From Trueperaceae bacterium (GTDB lineage Bacteria; Deinococcota; Deinococci; Deinococcales; Trueperaceae): 64,000 nucleotides of DNA. Of this stretch, positions 38,063-48,845 are shown piece after piece (within the stretch, counting starts at the first letter, position 1; each line of letters opens with the position of its first letter). Made by a program: the position numbers and the translations under genes. Location: NCBI GenBank assembly GCA_965214405.1, contig OZ243956.1:2048001-2112000 (forward strand), given 5' to 3'. The notes under the pieces are model-generated. The model saw only the letters and a list, made by a program, of their open reading frames with translations, had not been told where the DNA came from and did no database searches.

Positions 38063-39139
38063 TCACGGCAGGTACCCCAGCGGGTCCACCACGCGCCCAT
38101 CAAAGCGTAACTCGAAATGTAGGTGCGGCCCCGTCGAAGCGCCCGTGCTACCGACCCTACCTACGGGGTCGCCCTGCTGAACGCGCACGCCGGGGACGAC
38201 GAGAACCTGGCTCAAGTGCGCGTAGCGCGTGCTGCTCCCGTCGCCGTGGTCGATGAAAACCGCGTTTCCGTACACGCGACCGGCCGGACCCGCGCGCGTG
38301 ACCACGCCGTCTCTCGCCGCCGCGACGGGCGTACCGGGGGGCGCGGCGAGGTCTAGGCCTGTATGAAAGGTGTTGCCCAAAACGGATACGTTGCGGGGAC
38401 CGAAGCGTGACGAGATGCGCGCGCCGCTGAGCGGCCACGCGTAACCCTGGAGGGCGGGTTTGAAGGTCTCGAGCAGCACCGGCGCGCGCGCCAGCAGCGC
38501 TTTTTGTTGGGTCAAGAGACTCGCGCGGCGTTGCTCCAGGGTCGGCGTTGTTGCCTGGGAGGTGGGGGGCTCGAGCCCATTTGTGGATACGAGGTAAAGG
38601 GCGCGTCCCTCCGCCACATCTTTGGGGTCATCAAGGCCGTTCACTTGCATGAGCGTCGAGGGCGAGAGGCCGTGAGAGAGCGCCAAGGTCAGAACGGTGT
38701 CCCCCGGCCCCATCACCACGACCTCCCCTCCGGCGGGAGGAATCCGCAGCGTCGCCCCCGGCGGGATGGGCGCGTCGTAAAACGCGGGATTGACCGCGCG
38801 CAGCGCCGCCTCGCTCACCCCAAAGCGGTTGGCGATACCGGAAAGCGTGTCGCCCGCGGCCACGGTGTAACGCTCAAAGCTTTCCGGCAACGCGTCTTCA
38901 CGCGCCCCCACGCGCAGCACCTGACCGGCGCGGATGTTTGTTCCCGTCAGTGCATTCAGCGTTTGAAGCGTTTCCACCGTCACGTCAAAACGCGCGGCAA
39001 TGCGGGTAAGCGTGTCGCCCGAGACCACCGTGTAAGTCTGGGGTGTCTGGGCTAAGCTCGAGCCCAAAAACAAGAAAAGGGCGGCGAGACTCGCCGCCCT
39101 CAGCGTTATGCTTGTTCTGGTTAACGCTGCGCCGGGCAC
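38063..39139 (-). CDS. LysM-repeat M23 peptidase
   Basis: Three LysM repeats, HTGLD, YAHL, STGPHLHFE. Confidence 0.92.
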   Translation of the reverse strand: MPGAALTRTSITLRAASLAALFLFLGSSLAQTPQTYTVVSGDTLTRIAARFDVTVETLQTLNALTGTNIRAGQVLRVGAREDALPESFERYTVAAGDTLSGIANRFGVSEAALRAVNPAFYDAPIPPGATLRIPPAGGEVVVMGPGDTVLTLALSHGLSPSTLMQVNGLDDPKDVAEGRALYLVSTNGLEPPTSQATTPTLEQRRASLLTQQKALLARAPVLLETFKPALQGYAWPLSGARISSRFGPRNVSVLGNTFHTGLDLAAPPGTPVAAARDGVVTRAGPAGRVYGNAVFIDHGDGSSTRYAHLSQVLVVPGVRVQQGDPVGRVGSTGASTGPHLHFELRFDGRVVDPLGYLP

Positions 39140-39154
39140 AGCCCTACGCTAGCA

Positions 39155-40843
39155 TCACCCCTGACCCAGCGTGGACAAAAATTCCGCATTGGTCTTCGTG
39201 CGGTTTAAGCGCGACAAGAGCATGTCCATCGCCTCGGCGGGGTCCATGTCGGAAATGACTTTGCGCAAGAGCCACATCTTGGCTAAGACCTCTTCGCCCA
39301 GGAGCAGGTCCTCGCGGCGCGTGCCCGATTTGAGGATGTCGATGGCGGGGAAGATGCGCTTTTCTTCCAAGCGTCTGGACAAGTGCAGCTCCATGTTGCC
39401 CGTGCCCTTGAACTCCTCGAAAATCACGTCGTCCATTCTCGAGCCCGTCTCAACCAGCGCGGTCGCCAGAATCGACAAGGAGCCCCCGCCCCGGATGTTT
39501 CGCGCCGCGCCCAAAAAGCGCTTGGGCCAGTGCAGCGCGCTACTGTCGAGACCGCCCGAGAGCGTGCGACCGGTGGGCGGCGTGACGAGGTTGTTTGCCC
39601 GCGCAAGTCGGGTAATCGAGTCGAGCAGAATCATCACGTGACCGCCGTCCTCGACGATGCGACGCGCGCGCTCGTGGACGAATTCGGCCACGCGGATGTG
39701 GTTGGCGGGCGGCTCGTCAAAGGTGCTCGCCACCACCTCGACCCCGGAAACCGACTCGCGGAAGTCGGTCACTTCCTCGGGGCGCTCGTCCACTAAAAGC
39801 ACAATCACTTTGATGTCGGGCTCGTTGGTGATGACCGCGTTGGCGACCTTTTTGAGGAGCGTCGTTTTACCCGCCTTGGGCGGCGCGACAATAAGACCGC
39901 GCTGACCCCGGCCGATGGGGGCCAAGAGGTCGATGACGCGGCTCGAGACCTCATTGGGTTTGGTCTCCAACTTAATGCGCTCTTCCGGGAAGGTCGGCAC
40001 GAGGTCGTCAAAGCGCGGGCGCTTGGCGGCCTGAAAGGGGTCAACGCCGTTAACCGCCTCCACCCGAATGAGCGTGCCGTAGCGCTCATTGTCGCGCGGC
40101 TTGCGCGCTTTACCCAAAATAAAGTCGCCCGTTCGCAGCCTGAACTGTTTAATGAGCCCCGCCGAGACGATGACCGAACGTGTGTCGTTTTGCAGCATCG
40201 ACTCCTGCAAAAAGCCGTAGCCGTCCGAAGAAATCTCTAGGTAGCCGCGCACGAGCCGCAGGCCCTCGCTCTCCGAGGCGCGCTCCAGAACGGCGACCGA
40301 GAGCTCTTCTTTGCTCATCTGCCGGTAGTCCGACAGCCCCACCTCTTTGGCTAGCAAGTGGAGTTCGGGCAGGATTTTGGACTGTAAATCCCGGTAGTTG
40401 AGGCTGCCGCGCCGCCCGTTGTTGCGCCGACCTTGCGAACGGCCTCGCCCCCGCGTGGTGGCGTTCTCGGGCGCGTCTTCGCCTTCGTCCTCGTCCGCTT
40501 CCTCGCTGACGCGTCCCGTCTCACGCACGGGCTGCACCTCGGCGGCTTGGGCGTCGGCTTCTAATGCGTCGTCTCCACCGTCACCTCCGCTGTCATCTCT
40601 ACCGCTATCCTCACGAGAAGATTTGCGACGCCTCGAGGTCTTGCGCCCGCCCTTTTCTCCGGTTTGAGAGTCTTGAGGCTGGGCGTCCTGGGTGCTGGCA
40701 CCGTCAATATTGGGGTCAATTTTGGGGTCAACCTTGGGTTTGCGACCGCTGCCCTTGGGCCGACCTCGCCGTTTGGGCTTCTCGCCCGCGTCGGTGTCGG
40801 TTGCCCCGGCGAAGACCTCGGCGTCCGCCGCCTTGGCGCTCAC
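39155..40843 (-). CDS. rho: Transcription termination factor Rho with a long low-complexity N-terminal extension
   Basis: DGYGFL, APPKAGKT, DERPEEVTD, LSGG, FKGTGNME. Confidence 0.96.
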   Translation of the reverse strand: MSAKAADAEVFAGATDTDAGEKPKRRGRPKGSGRKPKVDPKIDPNIDGASTQDAQPQDSQTGEKGGRKTSRRRKSSREDSGRDDSGGDGGDDALEADAQAAEVQPVRETGRVSEEADEDEGEDAPENATTRGRGRSQGRRNNGRRGSLNYRDLQSKILPELHLLAKEVGLSDYRQMSKEELSVAVLERASESEGLRLVRGYLEISSDGYGFLQESMLQNDTRSVIVSAGLIKQFRLRTGDFILGKARKPRDNERYGTLIRVEAVNGVDPFQAAKRPRFDDLVPTFPEERIKLETKPNEVSSRVIDLLAPIGRGQRGLIVAPPKAGKTTLLKKVANAVITNEPDIKVIVLLVDERPEEVTDFRESVSGVEVVASTFDEPPANHIRVAEFVHERARRIVEDGGHVMILLDSITRLARANNLVTPPTGRTLSGGLDSSALHWPKRFLGAARNIRGGGSLSILATALVETGSRMDDVIFEEFKGTGNMELHLSRRLEEKRIFPAIDILKSGTRREDLLLGEEVLAKMWLLRKVISDMDPAEAMDMLLSRLNRTKTNAEFLSTLGQG

Positions 40844-41298
40844 GCGCTCGCCCCCGCTTTGGCGTTAGCCTCCACCGTGACCTCTACCGTGACTCGAGAA
40901 AAAACGATACGAAAAATCATAAAAACGCTCCTGACGTTGTTGTAATGGACCTGTGCTGCCCCGGATAGTTACGTGTTTCTTTAGGATAACTCATTACCAG
41001 CCTTTAGGGTAGAGGGTAAAAGTCCCAGAGACCCCGTGACCCTCGTTTGTGCTTTGGCCCCCTCTAACATGCACGGGGTGCAACCTGCGCGCCGCACTCG
41101 CCTAAACCTTGCCGCCCTCTAAGGTTCTGCTATAAAGTTTCACATAGCCAAATATAGGGTCACGCGTGGCGGATTGTTAGCGGGAGTGCAGCAAAGACCT
41201 TGGTTAGCAAGTCTCTTGACTCTCTTATGGCCTGCTGCTAGTCTCTAGTATATGCAGGTTTGCAAGGAGATGTAAAGCAGCCCTGCGACAAAAGCTCA

Positions 41299-41579
41299 AA
41301 GGCTATGACGGGAACGAGTAACCCAGGCCCCAGTGCATCAGCGAGTCGAGGACGGTGAGAGCTCGGCCCCATGACCAGGGCGAACATCCTCCTCGAGCCG
41401 CGTTGCCAAAGGTTCTAGAGAACCCAGTAGACAACGCCGCGCGCCGCGCGTGACAGCGGCAGGCTATCTCGGAAGTTGTGTAAGCCCGATGTAGCCAAGA
41501 GGTCAGCCCCGCGAGGCGCTGATGAAATTGGGTGGTACCACGCTTTAGCGTCCCAATGCCTAACGTTGGGGCGTTTTTT
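41299..41579 (+). ncRNA. T-box riboswitch (Ile specifier) with terminator
   Basis: Stem I motifs (GCGAG, GGTGAGA), GAAC-ATC specifier at 41386, T-box AATTGGGTGGTACCACG at 41526, GC hairpin plus T6 before ileS. Confidence 0.9.
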
Positions 41580-41640
41580 GTTGGCCCCAGGAGGGTTCAT
41601 CTCGTCACAAAAAGATGAGCCTCCAGGATGGAGGGTGACG

Positions 41641-44600
41641 ATGTTTGAAGAGGTGGGTAACGCAAACTTTCCGGAGCTCGAGCGCGCCGTCGCCGCGTTT
41701 TGGGCGGAGCGGGAGATTTTTAAGAAGTCGCTCCAGAAACCCGCTCCGGCGGGCGACTATATCTTTTACGAGGGGCCGCCCACGGCCAATGGTTCTCCCC
41801 ATATCGGTCACGTTTTGACAAGAGCTTTCAAGGACGTTTTCCCGCGTTACAAGACGATGCAGGGTTACCACGTCGGGCGCAAGGGCGGCTGGGACACGCA
41901 CGGGCTGCCGGTCGAGTTGGAGATAGAGAAAAAACTTGGCTTTAGCGGCAAGGGGGACATCGAAAACTTCGGCATCGCCGAATTTAACAAACTCGCCAAG
42001 GAGTCCGTGTTTCAGTACATCCAAGAGTGGGACGCCATGACCGAGCGGACTGCTTTCTGGCTGGATTTAGAAGACCCGTACGTCACCTATGAAAATCCCT
42101 ATATCGAGTCGTGCTGGTGGGTGATGAAGTCCTTGTGGGACCGCGGGCTGCTTTTTGAAGACTACAAAGTCACCATGCACTGCCCGCGCTGCAACACCTC
42201 GCTGGCCGACCACGAGGTCTCGCAGGGCTTTAAGGACGACGTGGACGACCCCTCGGTGTGGCCTAAGTTCCCAGTGCATCGGGGGGGGCTGCTCGAGCAG
42301 GACCTTATAACCTCCGACGAAACCCGCTCTGTCTACGTGATGGCCTGGACCACAACGCCCTGGACGTTGGCTGCTAACACTGCTTTAGCCGTGAAGGGCG
42401 ACGCCGAGTATGGCCTTTTTGAAGCGCCCGCCGCGTACGGCGAACCCTACGGTGAAGGCGACACGGAACTCTACATCATGGCGACGGCGCTGGCCGAACG
42501 CGTTTTTGGCGAGGGCAACTTTCAAACGCTCCGTACGTTTAGCGGCGACACGCTCGTCGGCCTCACCTACGACCCTGTCCTGCGGGGGCGGGTGCCGGGG
42601 GGGGAGGACGTGTCCACGGGCTTCCGCGTCATCGCTGACGATTTTGTGAGTTTGGACGACGGCACGGGCGTCGTCCACATCGCGCCCGCCTACGGGGATT
42701 TGGACGTCGGCAGAACGCACGGGTTGCCCACGCTCTTTTCGGTGGATTTGACGGGCGAGGTTTTTCCTGAAGTCAAGCCTTTGGACGCGCTCGAGGGCGA
42801 GGGGCCTTATACCGGGCAGTTTTTCAAAAAGGCGGACCGGGCCATCTCAGAGGACCTCACGGCGCGCGGCCTTCTTTTCCGCGAGGCGCGCGTGAAACAC
42901 GCTTACCCCTTCTGCTGGCGCTGCGACACGCCTTTGTTGTACTACGCCAAGTCCTCGTGGTACATCCGCACGACGGCGGTCAAGGACAAGCTGCTTACGA
43001 ACAACCAGAAAATAAACTGGTACCCCGAGCACGTCAAAAACGGGCGCTTCGGCAGGTGGTTGGAAAACAATGTGGACTGGGCTCTCTCCCGCGAACGCTA
43101 CTGGGGCGCGCCGCTGCCTGTTTGGGTCTCGGAGGACGGGCAGGGCGCGGTTTGTGTGGGGAGCGTGAAAGAACTCGAGGAACTTACGGGGGAGGATTTG
43201 AGCGGGCTCGAGCTGCACCGCCCCTACGTTGACGAGGTCACGTTTGAGAAAGACGGGCGCACCTACCGCCGTCTCCCCTACACCGTGGACGTATGGTTCG
43301 AGACAGGCGCAATGCCCTACGCGCAACTGCATTACCCGTTTGAAAACGAGGGGGAACTCAAAAACAACTTCCCCGCCGACTTTATCTGTGAGGCCATCGA
43401 CCAGACGCGCGGCTGGTTCTACTCGCTGCACGCTCTGGCGACGCTGTTAACTGATTCGGGGGATGACGCGGGCGCGCGGCAGCCGGGGGTCTTGGCGGAG
43501 GTTGCGCCGAACTCCCCCGCGTTCAAAAACGTCATTGTCTTGGGTCACATCACCGACGAAAAGGGCGAGAAGATGTCCAAGTCGCGCGGCAACGCGGTGG
43601 ACCCCTGGGACGTGCTCGACGCGCAGGGGGCCGACGCGCTGCGCTGGTATCTCTACGCCTCGTCGCCGCCGGGCGCGTCCAAGCGCTTTTCGCAAGCCTT
43701 GGTCGAGGAGACGCTGCGCGACTTTTTCATGACGCTCTGGAACACGTACAGCTTTTTCGTGCTCTACGCGAACCTCGACAAACCGGATTTGACAAAAAAG
43801 GTCCCGGTAAGCGAACGTCCCGAAATCGACCGCTGGCTCGTCGCCAAACGTCACGCGCTGGTTCGGGAGGTGACGGACAAACTCGAGGGCTACGACCCTA
43901 CGGGGGCCAGCCGCGCGGTGCGCGATTTTGTCGTGGATGACCTGTCAAACTGGTACGTCCGCCGCAACCGCCGCCGCTTCTGGAAATCCGAGAGCGATAC
44001 GGACAAGCTCGCCGCCTACAAAACCCTCCACGAAGCCCTCGTCACCGCCTCCCAACTCATGGCCCCGATGGCACCCTTTTTGAGCGAGCATCTTTACCAA
44101 AGTCTCGTTGTGACCCTTCAACCGGACGCACCCGAGTCGGTGCATCTCACCGATTGGCCCCTTTACGACGCGGCTTTGATTGACGAGGCGCTGCTGCGCG
44201 ATATGAACGCGCTGCAAAGGGTGGTCGAACTCGGGCGCGGGGCGCGGGCCGCGTCGGGCCTGAAAACGCGCCAGCCGCTGCCCGAGGTGCTGGTGCGAGT
44301 GCGCAGCGAAGAGGAGTTGGCGGGGCTCAAACGGTTGGAGGACCAGCTTACAGAAGAACTCAACGTCAAGGTGGTGAATTATTTGGACGTTCACGCCGAC
44401 TTTGTGGACTACACCGTCAAACCCAACCTGCCGCGCGTCGGCAAAAGGCTCGGCAAGCTCGTGCCCGAACTCAAGCGCGCCCTTGCCGAGGTGGATGGGC
44501 GCGAGATTGCGCGTAACATCCGCGAGGGGCGGGAGACGGTGCTCGAGCTGAGCGGCGAACCCCACGTGTTCGAGCCCGAAGCGTTTCTCACCGAAGCCAA

Positions 44601-44958
44601 GAGTCCGGAAGGCTACGCGGCCTTAGAAGAGCGGGGTTATTTGGCAGCGCTCAACACGCAGCTCACGCCCGAACTCATCCAAGAGGGACTGGTGCGCGAC
44701 GCGGTGCGGCTCGTGCAGAACGCGCGGAAGAACGCGGGGCTCGAGGTTTCGGACTATATAACCTTGGACCTGCAAGCGTCGGGCGCGCTGCGTGAGGCTT
44801 TGGAAAGGCACCGCGACACGCTTCAAAACGAGGTGCTTGCGAAGGAGCTAAGCTTTGAAGGGCTTAATGATGCCTCTCACAGCGAACAGGCCGAGGTGGA
44901 GGGTGACGCCTTGACTATCTCTCTCAAAAAAGTTGAGGCTGCTAAAGAAGTCGTTTAG
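41641..44958 (+). CDS. ileS: Isoleucyl-tRNA synthetase (type 2-like)
   Basis: EGPPTANG, HIGH, GWDTHGLP, WTTTPWT, KMSKS. Confidence 0.96.
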   Translation: MFEEVGNANFPELERAVAAFWAEREIFKKSLQKPAPAGDYIFYEGPPTANGSPHIGHVLTRAFKDVFPRYKTMQGYHVGRKGGWDTHGLPVELEIEKKLGFSGKGDIENFGIAEFNKLAKESVFQYIQEWDAMTERTAFWLDLEDPYVTYENPYIESCWWVMKSLWDRGLLFEDYKVTMHCPRCNTSLADHEVSQGFKDDVDDPSVWPKFPVHRGGLLEQDLITSDETRSVYVMAWTTTPWTLAANTALAVKGDAEYGLFEAPAAYGEPYGEGDTELYIMATALAERVFGEGNFQTLRTFSGDTLVGLTYDPVLRGRVPGGEDVSTGFRVIADDFVSLDDGTGVVHIAPAYGDLDVGRTHGLPTLFSVDLTGEVFPEVKPLDALEGEGPYTGQFFKKADRAISEDLTARGLLFREARVKHAYPFCWRCDTPLLYYAKSSWYIRTTAVKDKLLTNNQKINWYPEHVKNGRFGRWLENNVDWALSRERYWGAPLPVWVSEDGQGAVCVGSVKELEELTGEDLSGLELHRPYVDEVTFEKDGRTYRRLPYTVDVWFETGAMPYAQLHYPFENEGELKNNFPADFICEAIDQTRGWFYSLHALATLLTDSGDDAGARQPGVLAEVAPNSPAFKNVIVLGHITDEKGEKMSKSRGNAVDPWDVLDAQGADALRWYLYASSPPGASKRFSQALVEETLRDFFMTLWNTYSFFVLYANLDKPDLTKKVPVSERPEIDRWLVAKRHALVREVTDKLEGYDPTGASRAVRDFVVDDLSNWYVRRNRRRFWKSESDTDKLAAYKTLHEALVTASQLMAPMAPFLSEHLYQSLVVTLQPDAPESVHLTDWPLYDAALIDEALLRDMNALQRVVELGRGARAASGLKTRQPLPEVLVRVRSEEELAGLKRLEDQLTEELNVKVVNYLDVHADFVDYTVKPNLPRVGKRLGKLVPELKRALAEVDGREIARNIREGRETVLELSGEPHVFEPEAFLTEAKSPEGYAALEERGYLAALNTQLTPELIQEGLVRDAVRLVQNARKNAGLEVSDYITLDLQASGALREALERHRDTLQNEVLAKELSFEGLNDASHSEQAEVEGDALTISLKKVEAAKEVV

Positions 44959-44970
44959 GGCATTCAGACA

Positions 44971-45468
44971 TCACGGCGGAGGTGCGACAAACGCGCGCGA
45001 TATCTCCGTCGTGATGTCGTCCATTAAAGGCTTCCAAGAGGGGTGGTAGACGATGCGGAAACTGGCGAGGGCGCGGGACGTCTCGAGCGTCTTCTGGTAA
45101 AAGACGACCCCGTTTTTATAGCCTGACACGACGAACCAGCCCGCCCCGGACGCTCTATAAGTAACCGTCTGGTCCGTTGCGGCGAGTTCTTGCTCGTACG
45201 CCGCCTCGAGTACCCCCTCCCCCAAAGGCACACCGGAAACGGCGAGCGCCGCGCTGCCGTCAGGAGAAAGGAAAAACTGCCCCAGCCCATCCGGCAGGCG
45301 GTCCGCCGGAAGGAGGATGTCAGCGGGATAAAGAGCAGAAAAGCCGAAGCGTTCGTTTTCATAAACCCCGTAAGTCACCCCGCCAATCACGCGCGGTTGG
45401 GACTGCCCGCCCGTTTGAGCGCCCATCAGAAGCAGTGCTGTGAGTACCCACCCCGCTTTCACACCCAT
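44971..45468 (-). CDS. Hypothetical exported protein
   Basis: Signal-like N-terminus, YENERFGF and WFVVSG motifs. Confidence 0.65.
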   Translation of the reverse strand: MGVKAGWVLTALLLMGAQTGGQSQPRVIGGVTYGVYENERFGFSALYPADILLPADRLPDGLGQFFLSPDGSAALAVSGVPLGEGVLEAAYEQELAATDQTVTYRASGAGWFVVSGYKNGVVFYQKTLETSRALASFRIVYHPSWKPLMDDITTEISRAFVAPPP

Positions 45469-45558
45469 GCTCGCCCTCCCAGACTCGGCTTTATTTTTCG
45501 ATCTTTACCTCCTGAAGCTTACTCGAGTTGAACCTATAAAGCAGCGTTCCGCATCGCA

Positions 45559-46392
45559 TTAACACGTGTGCGTCGCCCGCACCCACCAGCCGGTATGTGC
45601 GCGGGCAAGTTCTGAGGCAACCTCCTGAGCGTGCGCGGCGTTCTGGGCCAGCCCAAAACAGGTCGAGCCGGAGCCCGACATCATCACGCCCTTGAGGTCT
45701 GTGGCGCGTAGGGCGGTTACTACGTCGCGGAGGGAGGGCTCGAGCAGCATCACCCCCGGTTGCAGCGCGTTGAGGTAGCCCGGCTCCTCTCCCCCGTTCA
45801 ACTTTTCTAACAGCCTCTCTACATTGAGCCTCGGGCTAAAGTTTTGCAGGTTCGCGTAGGCGTCGCCCGCGCTCACCGCAATGCCGGGATTGACGAGGAC
45901 GAGGTGGAGCGTAGGGAGTGGCAGGGACTCGAGCTTTTCCCCCCGCCCCCGCGCCCGCGCCGCAGGGGTGTTGAGGAGAAAAAAGGGCACGTCGGAACCG
46001 AGAACTTTGGCGAGCGCCTCGAGGTCTACCTCCGACGGATAGAGTTCTGCCAAGCCCCGCAGCACCGCCGCCGCATTTGATGAGCCGCCGCCCAGACCCG
46101 CCGCGACGGGGATGCGCTTGTCCAAGCTCAGCCGAATCCCACGCGTCTCCCCCGCCGCCTCAAGATACTGCTGCGCCGCCCGGTAAGCCAGATTGGACGC
46201 GTCCTCGGGCAAGTCAGCCCCGCTGACGCTCAGGGTGACGCTCTGTACGACGCTATTGTCGGTAGGCTCGAGCGTCACAACATCGTGAAGCTTAAGCCGC
46301 GCCATCAGCGTGTCTATTTCGTGGTAGCCGTCGCCGCGTTTGGCGACGATGTTGAGGCCCAGATTGACTTTCGCGTGAGCTTTAACTATCAC
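45559..46392 (-). CDS. ispE: 4-diphosphocytidyl-2-C-methyl-D-erythritol kinase
   Basis: AKVNL, DGYHE, PVAAGLGGGSS, MSGSG. Confidence 0.95.
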   Translation of the reverse strand: MIVKAHAKVNLGLNIVAKRGDGYHEIDTLMARLKLHDVVTLEPTDNSVVQSVTLSVSGADLPEDASNLAYRAAQQYLEAAGETRGIRLSLDKRIPVAAGLGGGSSNAAAVLRGLAELYPSEVDLEALAKVLGSDVPFFLLNTPAARARGRGEKLESLPLPTLHLVLVNPGIAVSAGDAYANLQNFSPRLNVERLLEKLNGGEEPGYLNALQPGVMLLEPSLRDVVTALRATDLKGVMMSGSGSTCFGLAQNAAHAQEVASELARAHTGWWVRATHTC

Positions 46393-47054
46393 GTTCGCCT
46401 CACCTTTTCGTCCCAGGTTGGGGCCAGGGCGCGGGCCAGCTCGAGGTCGGCGGGCGTCGTAATTTTCACCAGCCAGCCGCTCCCCTCGACCAAGGCGACG
46501 GGGTGGCCCAAGAGGCGCACCAGCCCCGCGTCGTCGGTGGCCTCGGTGTTCGTGGATAACGCCTGCTGATGGGCTTCTAGAATGAGCGCGCGCCGGAAAC
46601 CTTGTGGCGTCTGGACAGCCCGCAGCCGTTGCCGGTCTGTTGGGTGGCCCGTCTCAAGTTCAATAAGCGTGTCCGCAACAGGCGTCACCACCGAGACCGC
46701 GCCCGCGCGCTCCGTTTCGGTCACGACGGCCTTAATGATATCGGGATGCAAAAAGGGTCGCGCCGCGTCGTGAACGAGGACGACATCGGCGTCTGTGGCG
46801 GTTAGCAGATTCAAAACGCTCGCCTGCCGCGTTGCGCCGCCCAAGACCAGTTTGACGCGCCCTTCAAAAGCTTGGGCGGCGTCTCGCATCGCGCTGGAAA
46901 CGGCCACCACAATTTCGTCCACGCGCCCTTCAAAGGTTTCGACGGCGCGCTCGAGCAGACTCTTCCCGCCAACGTCCAAAAGCGCCTTGGGACCCCGCCC
47001 GAGCCGCGCCCCCTCGCCCGCAGCGGGGATGAGCGCCGCAACTTTAGGCTTCAC
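46389..47054 (-). CDS. ispD: 2-C-methyl-D-erythritol 4-phosphate cytidylyltransferase
   Basis: PAAGEGAR, VHDAARP, QTPQGF, TDD, KITTPAD. Confidence 0.95.
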   Translation of the reverse strand: MKPKVAALIPAAGEGARLGRGPKALLDVGGKSLLERAVETFEGRVDEIVVAVSSAMRDAAQAFEGRVKLVLGGATRQASVLNLLTATDADVVLVHDAARPFLHPDIIKAVVTETERAGAVSVVTPVADTLIELETGHPTDRQRLRAVQTPQGFRRALILEAHQQALSTNTEATDDAGLVRLLGHPVALVEGSGWLVKITTPADLELARALAPTWDEKVRRT

Positions 47055-47644
47055 GCCTCCTCTTTCCAGCGTTTTGAACGCGTGTTGTCAATCCCCAACA
47101 GGTCGAGCGCCCGCGCGGTCACGGTGCCCACTAAGTCGGTGACGCTCTGGGGGCGGCTGTAAAAACCGGGGGAGGCGGGCAAGATGGTTGCACCTGCGTC
47201 GTAGGCCTCCAACATATTTTTGAGCATGGGTCTCGAGAAAGGCGCCTCGCGCACGACCAGCACGAGCGGACGCCGCTCCTTGAGCGTCACGTGGGCGGCG
47301 CGGGACACAAGGTTGTCCGTCATCCCCAAAGCCACCTTGGCGAGCGTCCCGGCGGAGCAGGGGACGACAACCATCCCAAGCGTCCGGTATGACCCCGAGG
47401 CGATGACCGCGCCCAAGTCGCTGTCTTTGTAGGTCACGTCGGCCAAGGCCTCGAGCTCCAACACACTCTCGTCCAACTCCGTCGGTATCACCTGCTTAGC
47501 GCCGTTGGTCACGACGACGTGCGTCTCAAACGGGAGCGGGCGCAGGGTTTGGAGCAAATCGCGCGCGTAGATCATCCCGCTCCCGCCCGATACGCCGATA
47601 ACGAGGCGCGGTTTTGCAGGTTGAGGGGTGCTCGAGTCCGTCAC
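47051..47644 (-). CDS. ubiX: Flavin prenyltransferase
   Basis: GVSGGSG, IASGS, VPCS, LKERRPL, PASPGFY. Confidence 0.92.
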   Translation of the reverse strand: MTDSSTPQPAKPRLVIGVSGGSGMIYARDLLQTLRPLPFETHVVVTNGAKQVIPTELDESVLELEALADVTYKDSDLGAVIASGSYRTLGMVVVPCSAGTLAKVALGMTDNLVSRAAHVTLKERRPLVLVVREAPFSRPMLKNMLEAYDAGATILPASPGFYSRPQSVTDLVGTVTARALDLLGIDNTRSKRWKEEA

Positions 47645-47689
47645 TCCCCCACGATACCGCAGCCTGGTCGCGGGGTTTATAGTTTGGTT

Positions 47690-48322
47690 ATGTTAGACCA
47701 TCTGCTGTGGGAGGAGTTTCACCTAGAAGAGGGCGAAAAACGCTTTGCCGACCTTACCGGGGTAAGCCCTGCCTTTGGCGGCGCGCATTTTGATAGGGGC
47801 ACGCACAACAGCCTTTTGTCGTTGGATGAGGGTGTTTATTTAGAAATTATCGCGCCCAACCCGGCCCAAGCCGAGGCGTTTGGGTTTTCTGAGGAGGCCC
47901 CGCCGGGCTTTGAGCCTGGCCTGTTCGCGTTTGGCATGAGGGGCGATAATTTAGAACATGTCAGACACCTGGTTGAAAGAGCCGAGCTTAGCGTCTCGAG
48001 CCTCCAAGACATCTCACGAGAACAGCCCGATGGCAGGGTGCTGCGGTGGCAAACCCTCATCATAGGCGGTCATGATTTCGGTCACGCAGTACCTTTCTTT
48101 ACCCGTTCGGATGGCGCGCCGCATCCTTCGGGAACGTCACCCAAGGGGTGTGAGCTGCTCGAGTTCTCCGTGGGCCATCCTGAGAACGAAAAACTCTCCC
48201 GCCTTTACGACGCGTTGGAGGTCAATGTGCCTGTTTTCCCGTCTGAGCAGCCTCGACTACGGGCGGTTTTAGCCACACCCAAAGGTGAGGTGACGCTGAA
48301 CAGCCACGCAAAATTTCGCTAG
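47690..48322 (+). CDS. VOC/glyoxalase-like protein
   Basis: LDHL, GGAH..RGTHN, YLEIIAP. TATAGT lies 6 nt before the ATG. Confidence 0.85.
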   Translation: MLDHLLWEEFHLEEGEKRFADLTGVSPAFGGAHFDRGTHNSLLSLDEGVYLEIIAPNPAQAEAFGFSEEAPPGFEPGLFAFGMRGDNLEHVRHLVERAELSVSSLQDISREQPDGRVLRWQTLIIGGHDFGHAVPFFTRSDGAPHPSGTSPKGCELLEFSVGHPENEKLSRLYDALEVNVPVFPSEQPRLRAVLATPKGEVTLNSHAKFR

Positions 48323-48428
48323 GGGGAGCACGGTTTGTAACGCGTGGGTTCCCGGGATGTCTGACGCCTCAAATCACGCGCCTCTCCTGTAAGCGCGGGC
48401 GCTTAACAGGTTCCGGCAAACCTTCATA

Positions 48429-48824
48429 ATGGGCGTTATGACTTACGAAAGATTCAAAGAAACCGTTGAAAGCATGGTCGAGGAAATTCCCGAAGAGTTT
48501 CTAGAAGGTCTGCAAGGCGTTCACGTGCTCCCGCAGACGAGGCGCGAAGAGGGCTTTGAGGACGTATACCGTTTGGGCGAATATATGGACCCCGGCCCCG
48601 AGAGCTTTTTGGGCGGCAGCGGCGGGCTGGGGCGGCAGGTCGCGCTTTATTACGGTTCGTTCGAGCGGATAGCGGCGGGCGACCCCGCGTTCGATTGGGA
48701 GGCAGAGACCTGGGAAACGCTGACGCACGAACTGCGGCACCACGTGGAGTCCTTGGCGGGCGACGTGAGCCTGGTTGAAGAGGACCGGCAGCGCACGGAG
48801 GGGTTCAAACGGCGCGCGAAGTAG
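48429..48824 (+). CDS. Minimal zincin-like metallopeptidase
   Basis: TLTHELRHH (HExxH). Confidence 0.75.
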   Translation: MGVMTYERFKETVESMVEEIPEEFLEGLQGVHVLPQTRREEGFEDVYRLGEYMDPGPESFLGGSGGLGRQVALYYGSFERIAAGDPAFDWEAETWETLTHELRHHVESLAGDVSLVEEDRQRTEGFKRRAK

Positions 48825-48845
48825 GGTGGGGCGTTCACTCATATG

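Noticed and set aside
41476..41640. N-terminal extension of IleRS in the ORF track
   Set aside because: Overlaps the T-box antiterminator and terminator. The ATG at 41641 has a GGAGG RBS.
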